From: an archaeon GW2011_AR5
GTDB taxonomy: Archaea > Aenigmatarchaeota > Aenigmatarchaeia > GW2011-AR5
Length of the DNA stretch: 64,000 nt
Direction: 5' to 3'
Assembly (NCBI GenBank): GCA_000806115.1
Contig: JWKQ01000002.1
Coordinates: 52,497-116,496 of the forward strand
Shown here: one piece after another, positions 26,686-37,544 of the stretch
How positions within the stretch are numbered: the first letter of the stretch is position 1
Layout of the letters: every line of letters starts with the position of its first letter
Position numbers and translations under genes: made by a program
Notes under the pieces: generated by a model
The model's input: the letters and a program-made list of their open reading frames with translations, nothing else
Database searches by the model: none
Told to the model about the DNA's origin: nothing

Positions 26686-27736
26686 TCTCCGCCAAGTGCT
26701 TCCTTATCCCTGCCGCAAACTCTTCTATGTCGAACCGTTCTGCAGATTTTTTGATTTTTTTATGATTCCATTTTGTTTTCTCCAGAATGGCGATGGCACC
26801 GGGCATATCATGTTCGCCTGAAAAGAACACGCCGTTGCTTCTGTTAACTGTTTCCTTGAAGCCGCCCTCGCGTATTGCAAGTATTGGTTTGCCGCTGGCA
26901 TGGCTTTCTATGGCAATGAGTCCAAGATCCTCGTCGACGTTCGCGGCAACAGTGGCTTTGCACGTGCCATAAAGCTCCAGTAGCCTGTTGTCAGAAACAG
27001 CCCCCAGGAATTTTATGTTGTTGCATCCGGCAGCCATTTGTTTCAGCCTTTTTTCGTCGGGCCCGCTTCCGGCAATTACAAGCTTCCTCCCGGTTTTTTT
27101 GAAAATACGTATAATCATGTCTATGCGCTTTAGCGGATCAAGCCGCGCGGCAGAGAGATAGAAGTCCCCGCTTTTTTTGTACTTGTACTTCTTTGTTTCT
27201 ATGCCTGTGTACGCAACAACCGTCCGTCTGTGGACGTCCTTTCCGTAATATTTGAGCACGCGACGCCTTACGTTTTCAGAATTGGCGCATATTAAGTCGA
27301 ATTTTCTCATGTAACCCTGGTCCTTGGGTGTCCAGTGCCTTATGAATTTTCTGAGGAATACGCGCTCGATCGGGTTCGACTTCCAGATAAAGTGCTGCCG
27401 AAGATCGTAAAGCGCACGCATCGGTGTGTGCAGGTAGAGCAGGTTCGGGTGCAGTTTTTCCGCGGCTGAAATGCACCAGGTGCCTGAGAAAATGTATGCG
27501 TCATACCTTGGGAAGTTATAGCTTTCGAACCTCTTCGCTATCCTCATATTCCTGACAAGCTGGGGTTTACCTTTGACTCCGAGGCTGACGATCTTCATGC
27601 CTTTCGTATTGAATGTTTTATTTTTGTCAATAAATCCTGTATATATGTCTGCGTTCAGCTTTCTTGCAAGGTTTATGACGAGCCGTTCGCCGCCGCCGCG
27701 CTTGTCAAAATAATCATGAAGTATGGCTATTTTCAT
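26675..27736 (-). CDS. GT4 glycosyltransferase
   Basis: GGGER, HTPMR, RLDPLKR, EDLGLIAIE. Confidence 0.9.
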   Translation of the reverse strand: MKIAILHDYFDKRGGGERLVINLARKLNADIYTGFIDKNKTFNTKGMKIVSLGVKGKPQLVRNMRIAKRFESYNFPRYDAYIFSGTWCISAAEKLHPNLLYLHTPMRALYDLRQHFIWKSNPIERVFLRKFIRHWTPKDQGYMRKFDLICANSENVRRRVLKYYGKDVHRRTVVAYTGIETKKYKYKKSGDFYLSAARLDPLKRIDMIIRIFKKTGRKLVIAGSGPDEKRLKQMAAGCNNIKFLGAVSDNRLLELYGTCKATVAANVDEDLGLIAIESHASGKPILAIREGGFKETVNRSNGVFFSGEHDMPGAIAILEKTKWNHKKIKKSAERFDIEEFAAGIRKHLAEIIG

Positions 27737-29256
27737 GCTGATCGCTTCCTGAATACGGCTCGTGCAATTTTCCTGACAGGGCCCGGTATGTTGCCTTTGG
27801 ATTCTATGAATTTTATGTCCTCAAATGTTATCGCCCTCAGAACCGATGCCGCGGCTATGTAAGCTGCAATGCCTGCAACAACTGAGAGTATGAATTCTGC
27901 GAGTATGGGGAGGGTAAGAAGCGCCCTCAGTGAGTGCATGACCGCCGCCGCTATTGCGCCGCTTCCGATAATTTTTGCAAGCCTCCTGAACGGCAGTGTA
28001 ACGCCTGCATGTATCGATACATAACGCATGCCAATGACTGCGCCTGATAAATAGGCAATTAGCGATGCGAAAGCCGAGCCGGTTATGCCCAGAACCGGCA
28101 CAAGCAAGAGGTTCAGTATAAGATTTATGGCAGCCATGGAGAACATGAGTTTTGTAGTAACGAAAGGTTTGCCGATTCCGTCAAGAGTTGTCTGGAATAT
28201 CACGAACACCGAGTAGAATATCATTGAAACCGACAGCACCTGGAGCGTGAACGATGCAAGAATGAAGCTGTCGCCGAACAGAAATACTATTATGGTCTCC
28301 GGAAACGTCGCTAAAACCGCCACAAACGGCATGATCATGGCCATCAGCAGCACTGACATTATCCTTACGCCCTTTTCAACATCCTTGTAGCGTTTCCTCG
28401 AGTATAATTCTGATATAAGCGGGAAGGCCACGGCTGCTATAGACCCGGAGAAAACCAGCAGGAGCTGGGAAGTCGGCAGCGCCACCTGGTAAAGTGCCAC
28501 TTCCTGCAGTGTCCTGTAAAAGGTTATTACTATCGTGTCTGTGTAGCTTATAACAATAGCGGCGATACTGCTGACGAAAACAGGCACGCCAAATCCGAGG
28601 AGTTTCCTTGCAAGCCTGTAAGACACTTTTGATTTCACCTTTGTGACGCCGAGCCCGTAGAAATTCCTGAAAAGGATTGCGGTTGTTACGCAAGCGGCTA
28701 TCAGGTATGCAATTGCCACGCCGGTCGCCCCCATGTCTATGAAAATTATAGAAAATGCGAACGTGAACAGTATCCTTACAGGCTCCACAGAGGCGTAGAG
28801 TTTCAGCTTCTGGAAGCCCTGAAAAACCGACTGAAATATCGTGAAGAACATGCTTGGGAAGAAGCTTAGCATCATCAGAACCAGTACAGGTTCCGCGGCC
28901 GGCGACTTGAAGAATGAAAGGGATATCTGTTCGCGGAATGCAAAGACGAGCATGATGAATGCTATTATAGTGAGGGTTTGTATCACAAGCACTATGGCAA
29001 TCGAGGATTTTATGTTCCCTCTCTCGTTTCTTATGAGGAATTCCGGTATGAACTTCGCGAGTGCCTGGTTGAGCCCGAGATACCTTACAAGGGTGAAGAG
29101 CCCTATGAAGGCGCTTACTGCGTAGAAAAGCCCAAACTCCTCGAGAGTAAGAGTCCTGGACAGGAATATTCTTAGAAGATATCCGATGAATATGCCGACC
29201 AGTGCGAGCGCAAGGACAAAATAGCTGTTCGACACCGCACTCCTTATTTTTTCCAT
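27733..29256 (-). CDS. Oligosaccharide flippase (Wzx/MOP family)
   Basis: About 14 hydrophobic segments; LSRTL..EEFGLF, DTIVI..Y....VALY. Confidence 0.88.
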   Translation of the reverse strand: MEKIRSAVSNSYFVLALALVGIFIGYLLRIFLSRTLTLEEFGLFYAVSAFIGLFTLVRYLGLNQALAKFIPEFLIRNERGNIKSSIAIVLVIQTLTIIAFIMLVFAFREQISLSFFKSPAAEPVLVLMMLSFFPSMFFTIFQSVFQGFQKLKLYASVEPVRILFTFAFSIIFIDMGATGVAIAYLIAACVTTAILFRNFYGLGVTKVKSKVSYRLARKLLGFGVPVFVSSIAAIVISYTDTIVITFYRTLQEVALYQVALPTSQLLLVFSGSIAAVAFPLISELYSRKRYKDVEKGVRIMSVLLMAMIMPFVAVLATFPETIIVFLFGDSFILASFTLQVLSVSMIFYSVFVIFQTTLDGIGKPFVTTKLMFSMAAINLILNLLLVPVLGITGSAFASLIAYLSGAVIGMRYVSIHAGVTLPFRRLAKIIGSGAIAAAVMHSLRALLTLPILAEFILSVVAGIAAYIAAASVLRAITFEDIKFIESKGNIPGPVRKIARAVFRKRSA

Positions 29257-29399
29257 ACCGACCCTTTTCTTTGAAAAGAAAAGTCTAGGCATCGCCAAGG
29301 TAATCCGTAGACTTTGTCTTCGTTATTTTTGTTAAAGCTTAACTTCGAGTTCTAGGAAAGGTTCCCCAGCAATAATAATTCTTTGATGAAGCTTTTTTT

Positions 29400-30347
29400 C
29401 TAAGAAAGATTCCTCCAGTAATCAAGAAGGTCTTTCATCGTTTGTTCAAACGGTATCTTAGGCTGCCATCCGGTTTTTTTGTGGAATTTGGAATAGTCGC
29501 CAAGAAGAATCTCAACGTCGCTCGGTCTCATTCTTGCAGGGTCCTGTCGAACCTCTATCTTTTTTTTGCTGAACGACAAAAGCAGCTGAAGCATGTCGTT
29601 TATTTTCCAGCTGCGCCCCGAACAGATGTTGTACGCCTCTCCGTAGTCGCACTTCTGGACGGCAAGTGCGTACGCCCTGACAACGTCGCGTACGTCTGTG
29701 AAATCCCTGGACGCATTGAGGTTGCCGACGAACATTACAGGCTGCTTGACGCCTTTTTCTATTTCTGCAATTTGTTTGGCGAAGTTCGACGTCGAAAAAA
29801 CGTCCCCCCTGCGCGGGCCCTCGTGGTTGAAAGCGCGTGTTATGACCGTCTTGAGGCCGTAGCTCTTGTGATACTGGAACGCTATCATGTCCTCCGCGAC
29901 TTTGCTGACGCCGTAAGGACTCAGCGGCCGTAGCGGGTTTGTCTCCTTTATGGGAGTTTCATTGGGCAGAACAAGCCCATATTCCTCGCTGCTGCCTGCA
30001 ATCTGCACAACAGGGTTGACGGACGACGATCTAACCGCTTCCAGAAGGTTCACCGTGCCCACTATGTTTGTGGTTAGTGTCTCCTGCGGCGCGTGGAATG
30101 ATGTATGAACAAATGACTGGGCTGCAAGATGGAATATTATGTCGGGCTCCACGGATTTTATGGCTTTCTCTATGCTGTAGCTGTCGCGTATGTCGGTTTC
30201 TATCAGTTTTACCCTGTCCTTTATGTGATTTATGTTGTCCAGCCTGCTTCTCCACCTGATGGTACCGTACACATCGTGGTCGGCAAGCAGGTGTTCTGCA
30301 AGGTGCGAGCCGACGAAGCCTGTTATACCCGTTATCAATGCTCTCAT
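29400..30347 (-). CDS. GDP-mannose 4,6-dehydratase-like SDR (could act on GDP-heptose)
   Basis: ITGITGFVGSH, HLAAQSFV, SSEEYG, PYGVSK, FNHEGPRR. Confidence 0.88.
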   Translation of the reverse strand: MRALITGITGFVGSHLAEHLLADHDVYGTIRWRSRLDNINHIKDRVKLIETDIRDSYSIEKAIKSVEPDIIFHLAAQSFVHTSFHAPQETLTTNIVGTVNLLEAVRSSSVNPVVQIAGSSEEYGLVLPNETPIKETNPLRPLSPYGVSKVAEDMIAFQYHKSYGLKTVITRAFNHEGPRRGDVFSTSNFAKQIAEIEKGVKQPVMFVGNLNASRDFTDVRDVVRAYALAVQKCDYGEAYNICSGRSWKINDMLQLLLSFSKKKIEVRQDPARMRPSDVEILLGDYSKFHKKTGWQPKIPFEQTMKDLLDYWRNLS

Positions 30348-30386
30348 TATATCACTCTCTTTTTGAAAAGTCTTTAAAAAACATGC

Positions 30387-31466
30387 TCAGTTCGTGTAAG
30401 ATTTGTATATCTCCTCTGAAACTTTCCTGTATTTGTACGCATTCGAGTGTTTTACTGCACGGGACGCGAGTTTTTTCCTCAGCTGCGCGTCGTCCGCCAG
30501 GTGTTCTATCTCCATTCGCATGTTTTCCCAGTCTCCGTATTCGACAAGGATGCCGCCCGGTCCGACGGTCTCCGGCACCGCACCCACGCGAGTGGAAACG
30601 ACAGGTGTGCCGCACATCATGGATTCCGCTATTGCAGAGCCGAATGACTCGTAGAACGTCGGACATACGACAATGTCGGATTTCGACAATATCTCTGCAA
30701 CCTTCCCTGTTGGGAGGTTCGAAAGGACTTTTATGTTTCCCGTTGCGCCACGCCTTAGCTCCTGTTCAAGCGGCCCTGTGCCTATGAGGATGAAATCTAT
30801 GTCCTTGCGTACAGAACCGATTTTTCTGAATATATCAAGGGCTATTTGCGGTCCTTTCCAGGGAAGAAAAGTGCCGAGATACGTTACTGTTGTCCTGGAG
30901 AATTTGCCGCCCCTGGGGTAGAATATGTCGTCATTTACCGGGCATGGAATTATCTTGTACCTTATTTTGGAATAGGCGCTAAGCTGGTTTTTCTCGTTGT
31001 TGTTAAATGGAAAAACCATTGAGCCCGAGAGAATCCGCTTGCCCTGCGTCTGATTGTACGCCGACATCATGAGGTTTTTGATTTTCGACGTCGGCGGGTG
31101 GAATGCAGCGGTGAGAAAGTGCCTGATTCCATGCTTCCTTGAGAAATTATACCCAGCTGTTGCCGGAAAGAAGCCGAAATGGAATGAATGAACTAAGTCA
31201 AAATTCCTTTCATTGTGCTCTTTTTCTATTTTTCCTGCCAGTTCTCCGGAATAGGAGAAATTAAGGGTGTTTTTTGTGGAGAATCTCCGTACCGATACGT
31301 ATTCGAGTTCCTGGTCTGCTTTTCCCCATTTCTGGGCGGGCGCGAACACCGTGCCTGTGATTCCCTTTTTTTCATGCATGTGCTTTAACAGCAGGAAAAG
31401 CGCGTTGGATATGCCCGAATTATGCTGGCTTGGTGAAAATGAGGTTGTGACAAAGCAGGGTCTCAT
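30387..31466 (-). CDS. GT4 glycosyltransferase
   Basis: ESFGSAIAESMMCGTPVV. Confidence 0.9.
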   Translation of the reverse strand: MRPCFVTTSFSPSQHNSGISNALFLLLKHMHEKKGITGTVFAPAQKWGKADQELEYVSVRRFSTKNTLNFSYSGELAGKIEKEHNERNFDLVHSFHFGFFPATAGYNFSRKHGIRHFLTAAFHPPTSKIKNLMMSAYNQTQGKRILSGSMVFPFNNNEKNQLSAYSKIRYKIIPCPVNDDIFYPRGGKFSRTTVTYLGTFLPWKGPQIALDIFRKIGSVRKDIDFILIGTGPLEQELRRGATGNIKVLSNLPTGKVAEILSKSDIVVCPTFYESFGSAIAESMMCGTPVVSTRVGAVPETVGPGGILVEYGDWENMRMEIEHLADDAQLRKKLASRAVKHSNAYKYRKVSEEIYKSYTN

Positions 31467-32476
31467 TGAATCACCTTGACTGCCTTGTTTTCATTTCCGG
31501 ACTCAAGAATTGAAAGCGCCACAGCAAGCGCTTTTCTTGCTTCCTCAGGCTTCACGAGGGGTTTCTGGCCGCTTATGCTGTCGACAAAGTTCTGCAGCTC
31601 AAGCTTCAGCGGCTCTTCCGCCCTGATTGGGTGCTGGATAACCCTTCCCTCGGTCACGTTGCCCTTCAGTATTATGTCTTCAAACAGGTTCTTTGTTTTT
31701 CTTGAGTGCCCCGCATCGTTCGGCGCAGAATCCTGATTTTCATAAAACCACAGGTTCTGGCTGTGATAGTCGCCTCTAAGCATGCCGTTCGTTCCGTATA
31801 TTTCTATTGTTCTCACACGTTTCGGCGACACCCAGCTGAACTCGCTTGAGCCGCGGATGTTCCCTATCTTGAACAGCACATTGGCGTATATTTCCTGCGA
31901 GCCCGTCCTTATGACATGAGCGAACACCTCATCAATGTCGCCTACCAGATAGCTTATGATGTCTGCGTCGTGCACCGCGAGGTCGACAAGAACCCCGCCA
32001 GGCGAACCATATAGCCTTTTTGGGAAAGGTCCCGCGCGCACCGTATTGACAAGATAAATTTCCCCGAGTTCCTTCACCATCTCTTTCATTCTGCTGATCA
32101 CAGGATTGAACCGTTCAACGTGTCCGATTGTGAAAATTACGCCGTTTTCCCTTGCCTTTTCTATCATCATGTTCGCATCGTGAAGATTCTCAGCTATGGG
32201 TTTCTCAACCAGTATGTTTACCTTGTGTCTTATGCAGTCAAGAAAAAGTTTCTTGTGAAACTGGCTCGGAGCGGCAATGATTACGCCATCGAGCTTCTCC
32301 TTTTCAAGCATCTCATTATGGTCGAAGTAGTGGGATTTTGCGTTGAACGTGCCGGCTATGTCCCTGCATCTCTCTTCGTTGACCTCGGAGATGCATATGT
32401 CCACGTCCTTCATTGCAGAAAGCACCCGCGCATGGTTTGTGCCCATTGTACCTGCGCCTATGATTCCTATTAGCAT
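31463..32476 (-). CDS. Gfo/Idh/MocA oxidoreductase (WbpB-like NDP-sugar 3-dehydrogenase)
   Basis: GIIGAGTMG, VEKP, GHVERFNP, DLAVHD. Confidence 0.88.
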   Translation of the reverse strand: MLIGIIGAGTMGTNHARVLSAMKDVDICISEVNEERCRDIAGTFNAKSHYFDHNEMLEKEKLDGVIIAAPSQFHKKLFLDCIRHKVNILVEKPIAENLHDANMMIEKARENGVIFTIGHVERFNPVISRMKEMVKELGEIYLVNTVRAGPFPKRLYGSPGGVLVDLAVHDADIISYLVGDIDEVFAHVIRTGSQEIYANVLFKIGNIRGSSEFSWVSPKRVRTIEIYGTNGMLRGDYHSQNLWFYENQDSAPNDAGHSRKTKNLFEDIILKGNVTEGRVIQHPIRAEEPLKLELQNFVDSISGQKPLVKPEEARKALAVALSILESGNENKAVKVIQ

Positions 32477-32575
32477 GACACTTGAATATTTTTCAGCCTT
32501 AAAAGGCTTGGGAAAATTTTATAGTTGAACAGCCGCACCAAAACGTTTAAGAATCGGGCTGAATTAAGGATAGTA

Positions 32576-34135
32576 ATGAAACCGCTACTTCAGATGTTGG
32601 AATCTATACCTGATATGGACGTTGAGAAATTTAGCGTGACGACCGGCTCGGAAAAAATCGTCAAGGATTTCAGCGTGTCGTCCGTGAAAAAAGTGCTGTT
32701 TATCATACCGCCTACGTTCGATTTTGGGGACTTTGTAGCTTCATCCCCCACAAATGTCGCCACGATAGCGGCGTACCTGAAGAACCTCGGCTATGAAGTG
32801 AATGTGATAGACGCCGGTGTGCACAAGATAAAATTTGAGGACATAGTGAAGATGACAAAGGACTACAAGCCTGACGTCGTCGCCATCGGGTGCAATTTCT
32901 CCACGTTGCACAACCCATCGCGCATGCTCGCTTCAATGATCAAGAGGGAATACAAGAATATTCCCATCCTTGTCGGCGGCAATCACGCCACGGCGATTCC
33001 TGAAATGATACTGAAGGATTCCGCAATTGATTTTGTTGTCCTGGGTGAAGCCGAGGTGGTTATGCCCGACCTGCTCAGCGCAATCGAGAACTCGTCGGAT
33101 CTGAGAAAGGTGAACGGGCTGTGCATAAACCACAATGGGAACCAGGTAAGAACGCATCCTGCGGATTTTTTCAAGAACCTGGACGAACTGCCGCTTCCTG
33201 ACTACACGTTGTTTGACATGAGCAAATACCCGCTCTACAACATCAACTCGTCAAGAGGCTGCATATTTCGCTGCACTTACTGCGCATCGGGCGTTATTTA
33301 CAAGAGAAAATACAGGCCAAGGTCTGCAAAGAGCATAGTAGAGGAGATATCCCATCTTTCAAAGAACTTTGGCAAAAAAACCTTCTGGTTCTCGGACGAC
33401 TTGTTCGGGCAGGACCACAAATTCGTGGAGGAGCTCTGCAATTCTCTTATAGACGGCAGGCACGACGTCCAATGGAGCGTTGTAACCCGCGCTACCACCG
33501 TTCCGATTGACCAGCTCAAGCTCATGAAGCGTGCAGGCTGCACCGGAATCAGCGTCGGTATTGAGTCGGGAGATGACGAGATGCTGAAGGTAATGAAAAA
33601 GGACACAAATGCCGATGCGTACAGGATGTCAATACCAAAGGTGAAGAAGGTCATAAGGACCCGCGGCTTTTTCCTTATAGGGAACATAGGAGAAACAAAA
33701 AAAAGCGTGTGGAAAACGTTCAAGCTCATCAAGGATGTCAAGCCGGATTATGGTACGTTCTGCCCGGTGGTTCCGCTCCCGGGGACCGAGATATACAGCC
33801 AGCTGATGAGCATGGGAATAATAAATCCGGAAACCCTGAACTGGGACAAATTCTACGGCATCGACCACGAAGGAAATTATGATGACGAATCGCTGCGCCT
33901 TACGGCAAGCTGGTGCGAATTATCAGCAAGCCAGATACGCGATTACTGCAATTATGGCAACATGCTATGCCTGATGGTTGCCCTCTCGCCTGTTGAGATT
34001 TTCAGAAGGATGAAGCGTGACGGCGTGCGGCAGCAGTTCAGGGACGACAAAGACAAGATAAGGCGGCTTTTCAAATATGCGATGCGCGAGCCGAGGGCTT
34101 TCTGCAGTACGCTGAAGATTCTGGCTACTGCGTGA
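32576..34135 (+). CDS. B12-binding radical SAM protein
   Basis: VGGNHAT, GEAE, SRGCIFRCTYC, GIESG. Confidence 0.9.
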   Translation: MKPLLQMLESIPDMDVEKFSVTTGSEKIVKDFSVSSVKKVLFIIPPTFDFGDFVASSPTNVATIAAYLKNLGYEVNVIDAGVHKIKFEDIVKMTKDYKPDVVAIGCNFSTLHNPSRMLASMIKREYKNIPILVGGNHATAIPEMILKDSAIDFVVLGEAEVVMPDLLSAIENSSDLRKVNGLCINHNGNQVRTHPADFFKNLDELPLPDYTLFDMSKYPLYNINSSRGCIFRCTYCASGVIYKRKYRPRSAKSIVEEISHLSKNFGKKTFWFSDDLFGQDHKFVEELCNSLIDGRHDVQWSVVTRATTVPIDQLKLMKRAGCTGISVGIESGDDEMLKVMKKDTNADAYRMSIPKVKKVIRTRGFFLIGNIGETKKSVWKTFKLIKDVKPDYGTFCPVVPLPGTEIYSQLMSMGIINPETLNWDKFYGIDHEGNYDDESLRLTASWCELSASQIRDYCNYGNMLCLMVALSPVEIFRRMKRDGVRQQFRDDKDKIRRLFKYAMREPRAFCSTLKILATA

Positions 34136-34955
34136 TTAGTTCTTTTATTCCGTTTTTGAGGCTGATTTTCGGCTCATAGCCAAGAATCTTCTTTGCTTTT
34201 GTTATGTCACCGACAAGGTCCCCTGTTTTTTTGCCGTTGTAGATTATCTTTGCCTTGTGCTTTGTTTCTTTTTCAATAAGGCTGACAAGCCCGAGTATGC
34301 TGGTGTTTTCCTTTCCTCCAATATTGAGTATGTTGAATCCCTGGAGGCTCATCGACTTGATGGTCGCGTCTATGGCATCCTGCATTGCGACAGGATTTAT
34401 CACCGGCTTGCCTTCTGTATTCAGTTCTACAGTCTCCCCTGTCATGATTTTTTTAACGAGCCTGTTAACAAGTCTCCTGTCGTCCCCTGCGCCATAAGGG
34501 AAGAAGTACCTGAGAATTGTCACCGGAAAGTGAGACGAGTACTTTTTGCACATCTCCTCCGCCTGAACCTTTGTTTTTGTATACGCGTTGTCAGGCTTTG
34601 TTTTGTCGGTCTCTTTGAAAGGTCTGCTGCCGAAGCCGTATACGCCTCCCGTGGATGCGTAAATAAAAACGGCGTTGTTCTTTTTGGCAAGGTCGAGCAT
34701 TTTTTCAGTGCCCTTGACGTTTATCCTGAATGCCCTTTCGGCATCGCTGCATTCTGTGTCTGCTGCAAGATGAAAAATAGCGTTGATATTCGAAACCTTC
34801 GGGAATCCGGGCTCCGTCAGGTTGAAGTCGATGGTTTCATATCCGGGCTTGTCATGCCGCATGTCCAGGCCAACAACCTCAAAGCCTTTTTTCTTCAAAG
34901 AAGACGCAAGCTGACGCCCGATATATCCGCTGTCTCCTGTTACGAGGACTTTCAT
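34125..34955 (-). CDS. NAD-dependent epimerase/dehydratase
   Basis: VTGDSGYIG, YTKTK. Confidence 0.88.
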   Translation of the reverse strand: MKVLVTGDSGYIGRQLASSLKKKGFEVVGLDMRHDKPGYETIDFNLTEPGFPKVSNINAIFHLAADTECSDAERAFRINVKGTEKMLDLAKKNNAVFIYASTGGVYGFGSRPFKETDKTKPDNAYTKTKVQAEEMCKKYSSHFPVTILRYFFPYGAGDDRRLVNRLVKKIMTGETVELNTEGKPVINPVAMQDAIDATIKSMSLQGFNILNIGGKENTSILGLVSLIEKETKHKAKIIYNGKKTGDLVGDITKAKKILGYEPKISLKNGIKELITQ

Positions 34956-34957
34956 AG

Positions 34958-35920
34958 TCACACCGAGTATTTCTCCCTGTACCAGTCGACGGTTCTTTTG
35001 ATTCCTTCTTCCAGTGCGACAGTCGGCTTGAAGTTCATCAGCTGTTTTGCAAGCGTTATGTCTCCCAGGTGCCTGTCAACGTCACCGGGTCTCCTTTTTT
35101 CATGGGCCGGCGGTTTTGTCCAGTCAAGCTCATTGCATATCGCCTTTACCAAGTCGTTTATGGAGATCTCCCTGCCGCTTGCAACGTTCATTGTCTTACC
35201 GCGCGTGTTTTGTTGTTTAAAGGCGTCTATTGTCGCCCTTGCCGTGTCCTCAACGTACAGGAAATCTCGCGTCTGGGTTCCGTCGCCAAAAATTACCGGT
35301 GTCTCGCCTGACATGATGCGCTTTATTGTTATAGGTATCACGCCCGCATACGACTTGTCGTTCTGGCGGGGTCCGTAGTTGTTGAACGGTCTGATTATAA
35401 CCATGTCGAGCCCGAACGTTTTGTAGTAAGAATGTACTAGGTGGTCGCAGGCCGCTTTGCTTGCCGCATAAGGCGTGCAAGGCAGAAGCGGGTGTGTTTC
35501 GCTCATCTTGCTGTGCAAAGCCGTGCCGTACACCTCGGAAGATGAATATTGAACAAGAGTGCCGAAGCGCCCTTCTCTTCCAAGCTCGCATATGACACGC
35601 GTTATGTCCACGTTTATGTCAAACGCCCATGACGGCTTGACCAGAGATACAGGAAGCGGAACCATTGCAAGGTTGAATACTACGTCGACGCCTTTGACTG
35701 CATTCTTCATTTTTTCATAGTCAGATGCGTCAATATTTTCTACAGAAATTTCCGGAAACGATGATTTTGCTTTATCGAGGTTGGATTCTTCCCCCAGAAA
35801 GAAGTTGTCAACAGCGGTTATCCCTCCCGGCTTCTCTTCTATTATTTTTTCTATCAAGTGGCTTCCTATGAAGCCCGCCCCTCCTGTAATCAGGACAGAT
35901 TTGCCTTTTAGGGAAGTCAT
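34958..35920 (-). CDS. NAD-dependent epimerase/dehydratase
   Basis: ITGGAGFIGSH, SSSEVYG, PYAASK, RPFNNYGPRQ. Confidence 0.9.
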   Translation of the reverse strand: MTSLKGKSVLITGGAGFIGSHLIEKIIEEKPGGITAVDNFFLGEESNLDKAKSSFPEISVENIDASDYEKMKNAVKGVDVVFNLAMVPLPVSLVKPSWAFDINVDITRVICELGREGRFGTLVQYSSSEVYGTALHSKMSETHPLLPCTPYAASKAACDHLVHSYYKTFGLDMVIIRPFNNYGPRQNDKSYAGVIPITIKRIMSGETPVIFGDGTQTRDFLYVEDTARATIDAFKQQNTRGKTMNVASGREISINDLVKAICNELDWTKPPAHEKRRPGDVDRHLGDITLAKQLMNFKPTVALEEGIKRTVDWYREKYSV

Positions 35921-36843
35921 ATAATCAGTGACTCGTAAATCTTCTTATATTCTGCGCGGATTTTTTTCCAGTCCATGTCCAGCGCTATTTTTCTGGCATG
36001 TTGCCCGTTAAGCGTCATTATCCTGAACTTCTTGCCGTCAAGATTCACAAAGCCGCAGGACTTGCCGAGGTTCGTGAGTTCAGAAAGTATTTGTTCGGTT
36101 GTTATCACGTCTATGCCGCATGCCATAGCTTCGAGCATGACAAGCGGGTAATCCGGTTGTTTGCTTATGTAAATAAGCGCTTTTGCAGAGTTGTACGCGT
36201 CCGGCATTTTCTCGCGGGAAATTTTTGTATAAGTCAGGTTTTTCGCGCTGTCACCGCTGACGCCAACCACTAGCATTGATTTTCCTTTTGCGAGTTGTAT
36301 GCACTCCTTGAGCCGCGCCTTGACGGGGTTCGTGCTGACCCAGATGTATTCGAACTTCTTTCGTGACTTCATTGGTATGAACTTATCCGTGTCGACTCCG
36401 TTGTGCACGATACGAACCGGGGTGATTTTGTAGTCTCTTATAAGGCGTTCATTTATCGGTTTGTTTATAGCTACTACTGCATCGGATTTCTTTATGAGAC
36501 GCGACTGCATCTGAAGCAATATCCATGCACCCAGGCGTTTCTTCCACCCCGCCGGAGGGTTCTCCTCAAAATAATTTTTCCACAATCCCTGCGCCGTCCA
36601 GATTATTTTCTTGTTCCGTGCGAGGCGGGTAACCCAGTACCCCGCGTTGTCGTTGGCGTGTATTATGTCGTAGTCGGAGAACCTGATTTTAATCGCTGCA
36701 AAAAACCCCCTGATTAAGGAACATGCACCGCCACAGCCAAGCCATTTCACGTCGCGGTCCAGGGAGAGATTTTTAACCACAGTTTCGATTCCACCGGTGG
36801 TATTGGTACTATAAGTAAGAATATAGCAGACTTTGGGCTCCAT
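35917..36843 (-). CDS. GT4 glycosyltransferase
   Basis: GGIE, HNGVD, PLVMLEAMACG. Confidence 0.85.
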   Translation of the reverse strand: MEPKVCYILTYSTNTTGGIETVVKNLSLDRDVKWLGCGGACSLIRGFFAAIKIRFSDYDIIHANDNAGYWVTRLARNKKIIWTAQGLWKNYFEENPPAGWKKRLGAWILLQMQSRLIKKSDAVVAINKPINERLIRDYKITPVRIVHNGVDTDKFIPMKSRKKFEYIWVSTNPVKARLKECIQLAKGKSMLVVGVSGDSAKNLTYTKISREKMPDAYNSAKALIYISKQPDYPLVMLEAMACGIDVITTEQILSELTNLGKSCGFVNLDGKKFRIMTLNGQHARKIALDMDWKKIRAEYKKIYESLII

Positions 36844-36848
36844 GATTA

Positions 36849-37544
36849 TCAGATCCTGCTGTAATTCTTTTTGTAAGTCTCGAACTTTCCCGTAAGGTTT
36901 TTTTCAATTTCCGGAGGCACGGATTTTGAGTAGTTGCCTTCCTGCACAGTTTCGCCTCGCTCCCCCTTCTCAAGCATTCTGAGGGATTCAATCATCAAAA
37001 CCTGTTCAGTATTCTGTATGCGAAGGAATATGTCAAGCAGCGTGTCGTCCTCGAACACGTTGATTTCTTTTCTTATTAAGAGTCTCCCACGGTCGATTTC
37101 CCTGCTGATAAGATGGCATGAAACTCCCTGCTTCATGTCCTTCAATATTGCCCATTTTATTGTGTCCAGCCCGCGGTTCTCCGGCAGCAGACCCGGGTGC
37201 ATGTTCAGTATTCCGGTTTTGAACTGGTTGATTATGTTTTCCTTTATGATGCGCGCGCCAAGAATCACGCCCACGTCAAGATCGTATTCCTTTACAAGTT
37301 CCTCGCACTCCTTGCTGTTATGTGCGACAACGTGGTATGGTATTTCAAGTTTCTTCGCTATTTCCGAGGGATGCATGTATTCCATGTCTTTTTGCGACAC
37401 GCGTATTTTTGACTGGTAGAAATTAAGCTGGACCGGGTCTGCGGCCAATATGCACTCTATCTTGTAGCCGTGAAGCATTAGCCACAGCAATCCTTCCTGG
37501 GTTTTCTTGTGCTTGAAGTTATATGCAAAGACGCCTATTCTCAT
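36849..37544 (-). CDS. N10-formyl-THF-dependent formyltransferase (sugar N-formyltransferase-like)
   Basis: ILNMHPGLLPENRG, H.I..EIDRG. Confidence 0.85.
   Translation of the reverse strand: MRIGVFAYNFKHKKTQEGLLWLMLHGYKIECILAADPVQLNFYQSKIRVSQKDMEYMHPSEIAKKLEIPYHVVAHNSKECEELVKEYDLDVGVILGARIIKENIINQFKTGILNMHPGLLPENRGLDTIKWAILKDMKQGVSCHLISREIDRGRLLIRKEINVFEDDTLLDIFLRIQNTEQVLMIESLRMLEKGERGETVQEGNYSKSVPPEIEKNLTGKFETYKKNYSRI

Noticed and set aside
34257-35378. 373-aa plus-strand ORF
   Set aside because: Antisense shadow of two well-supported epimerase genes; no motifs.
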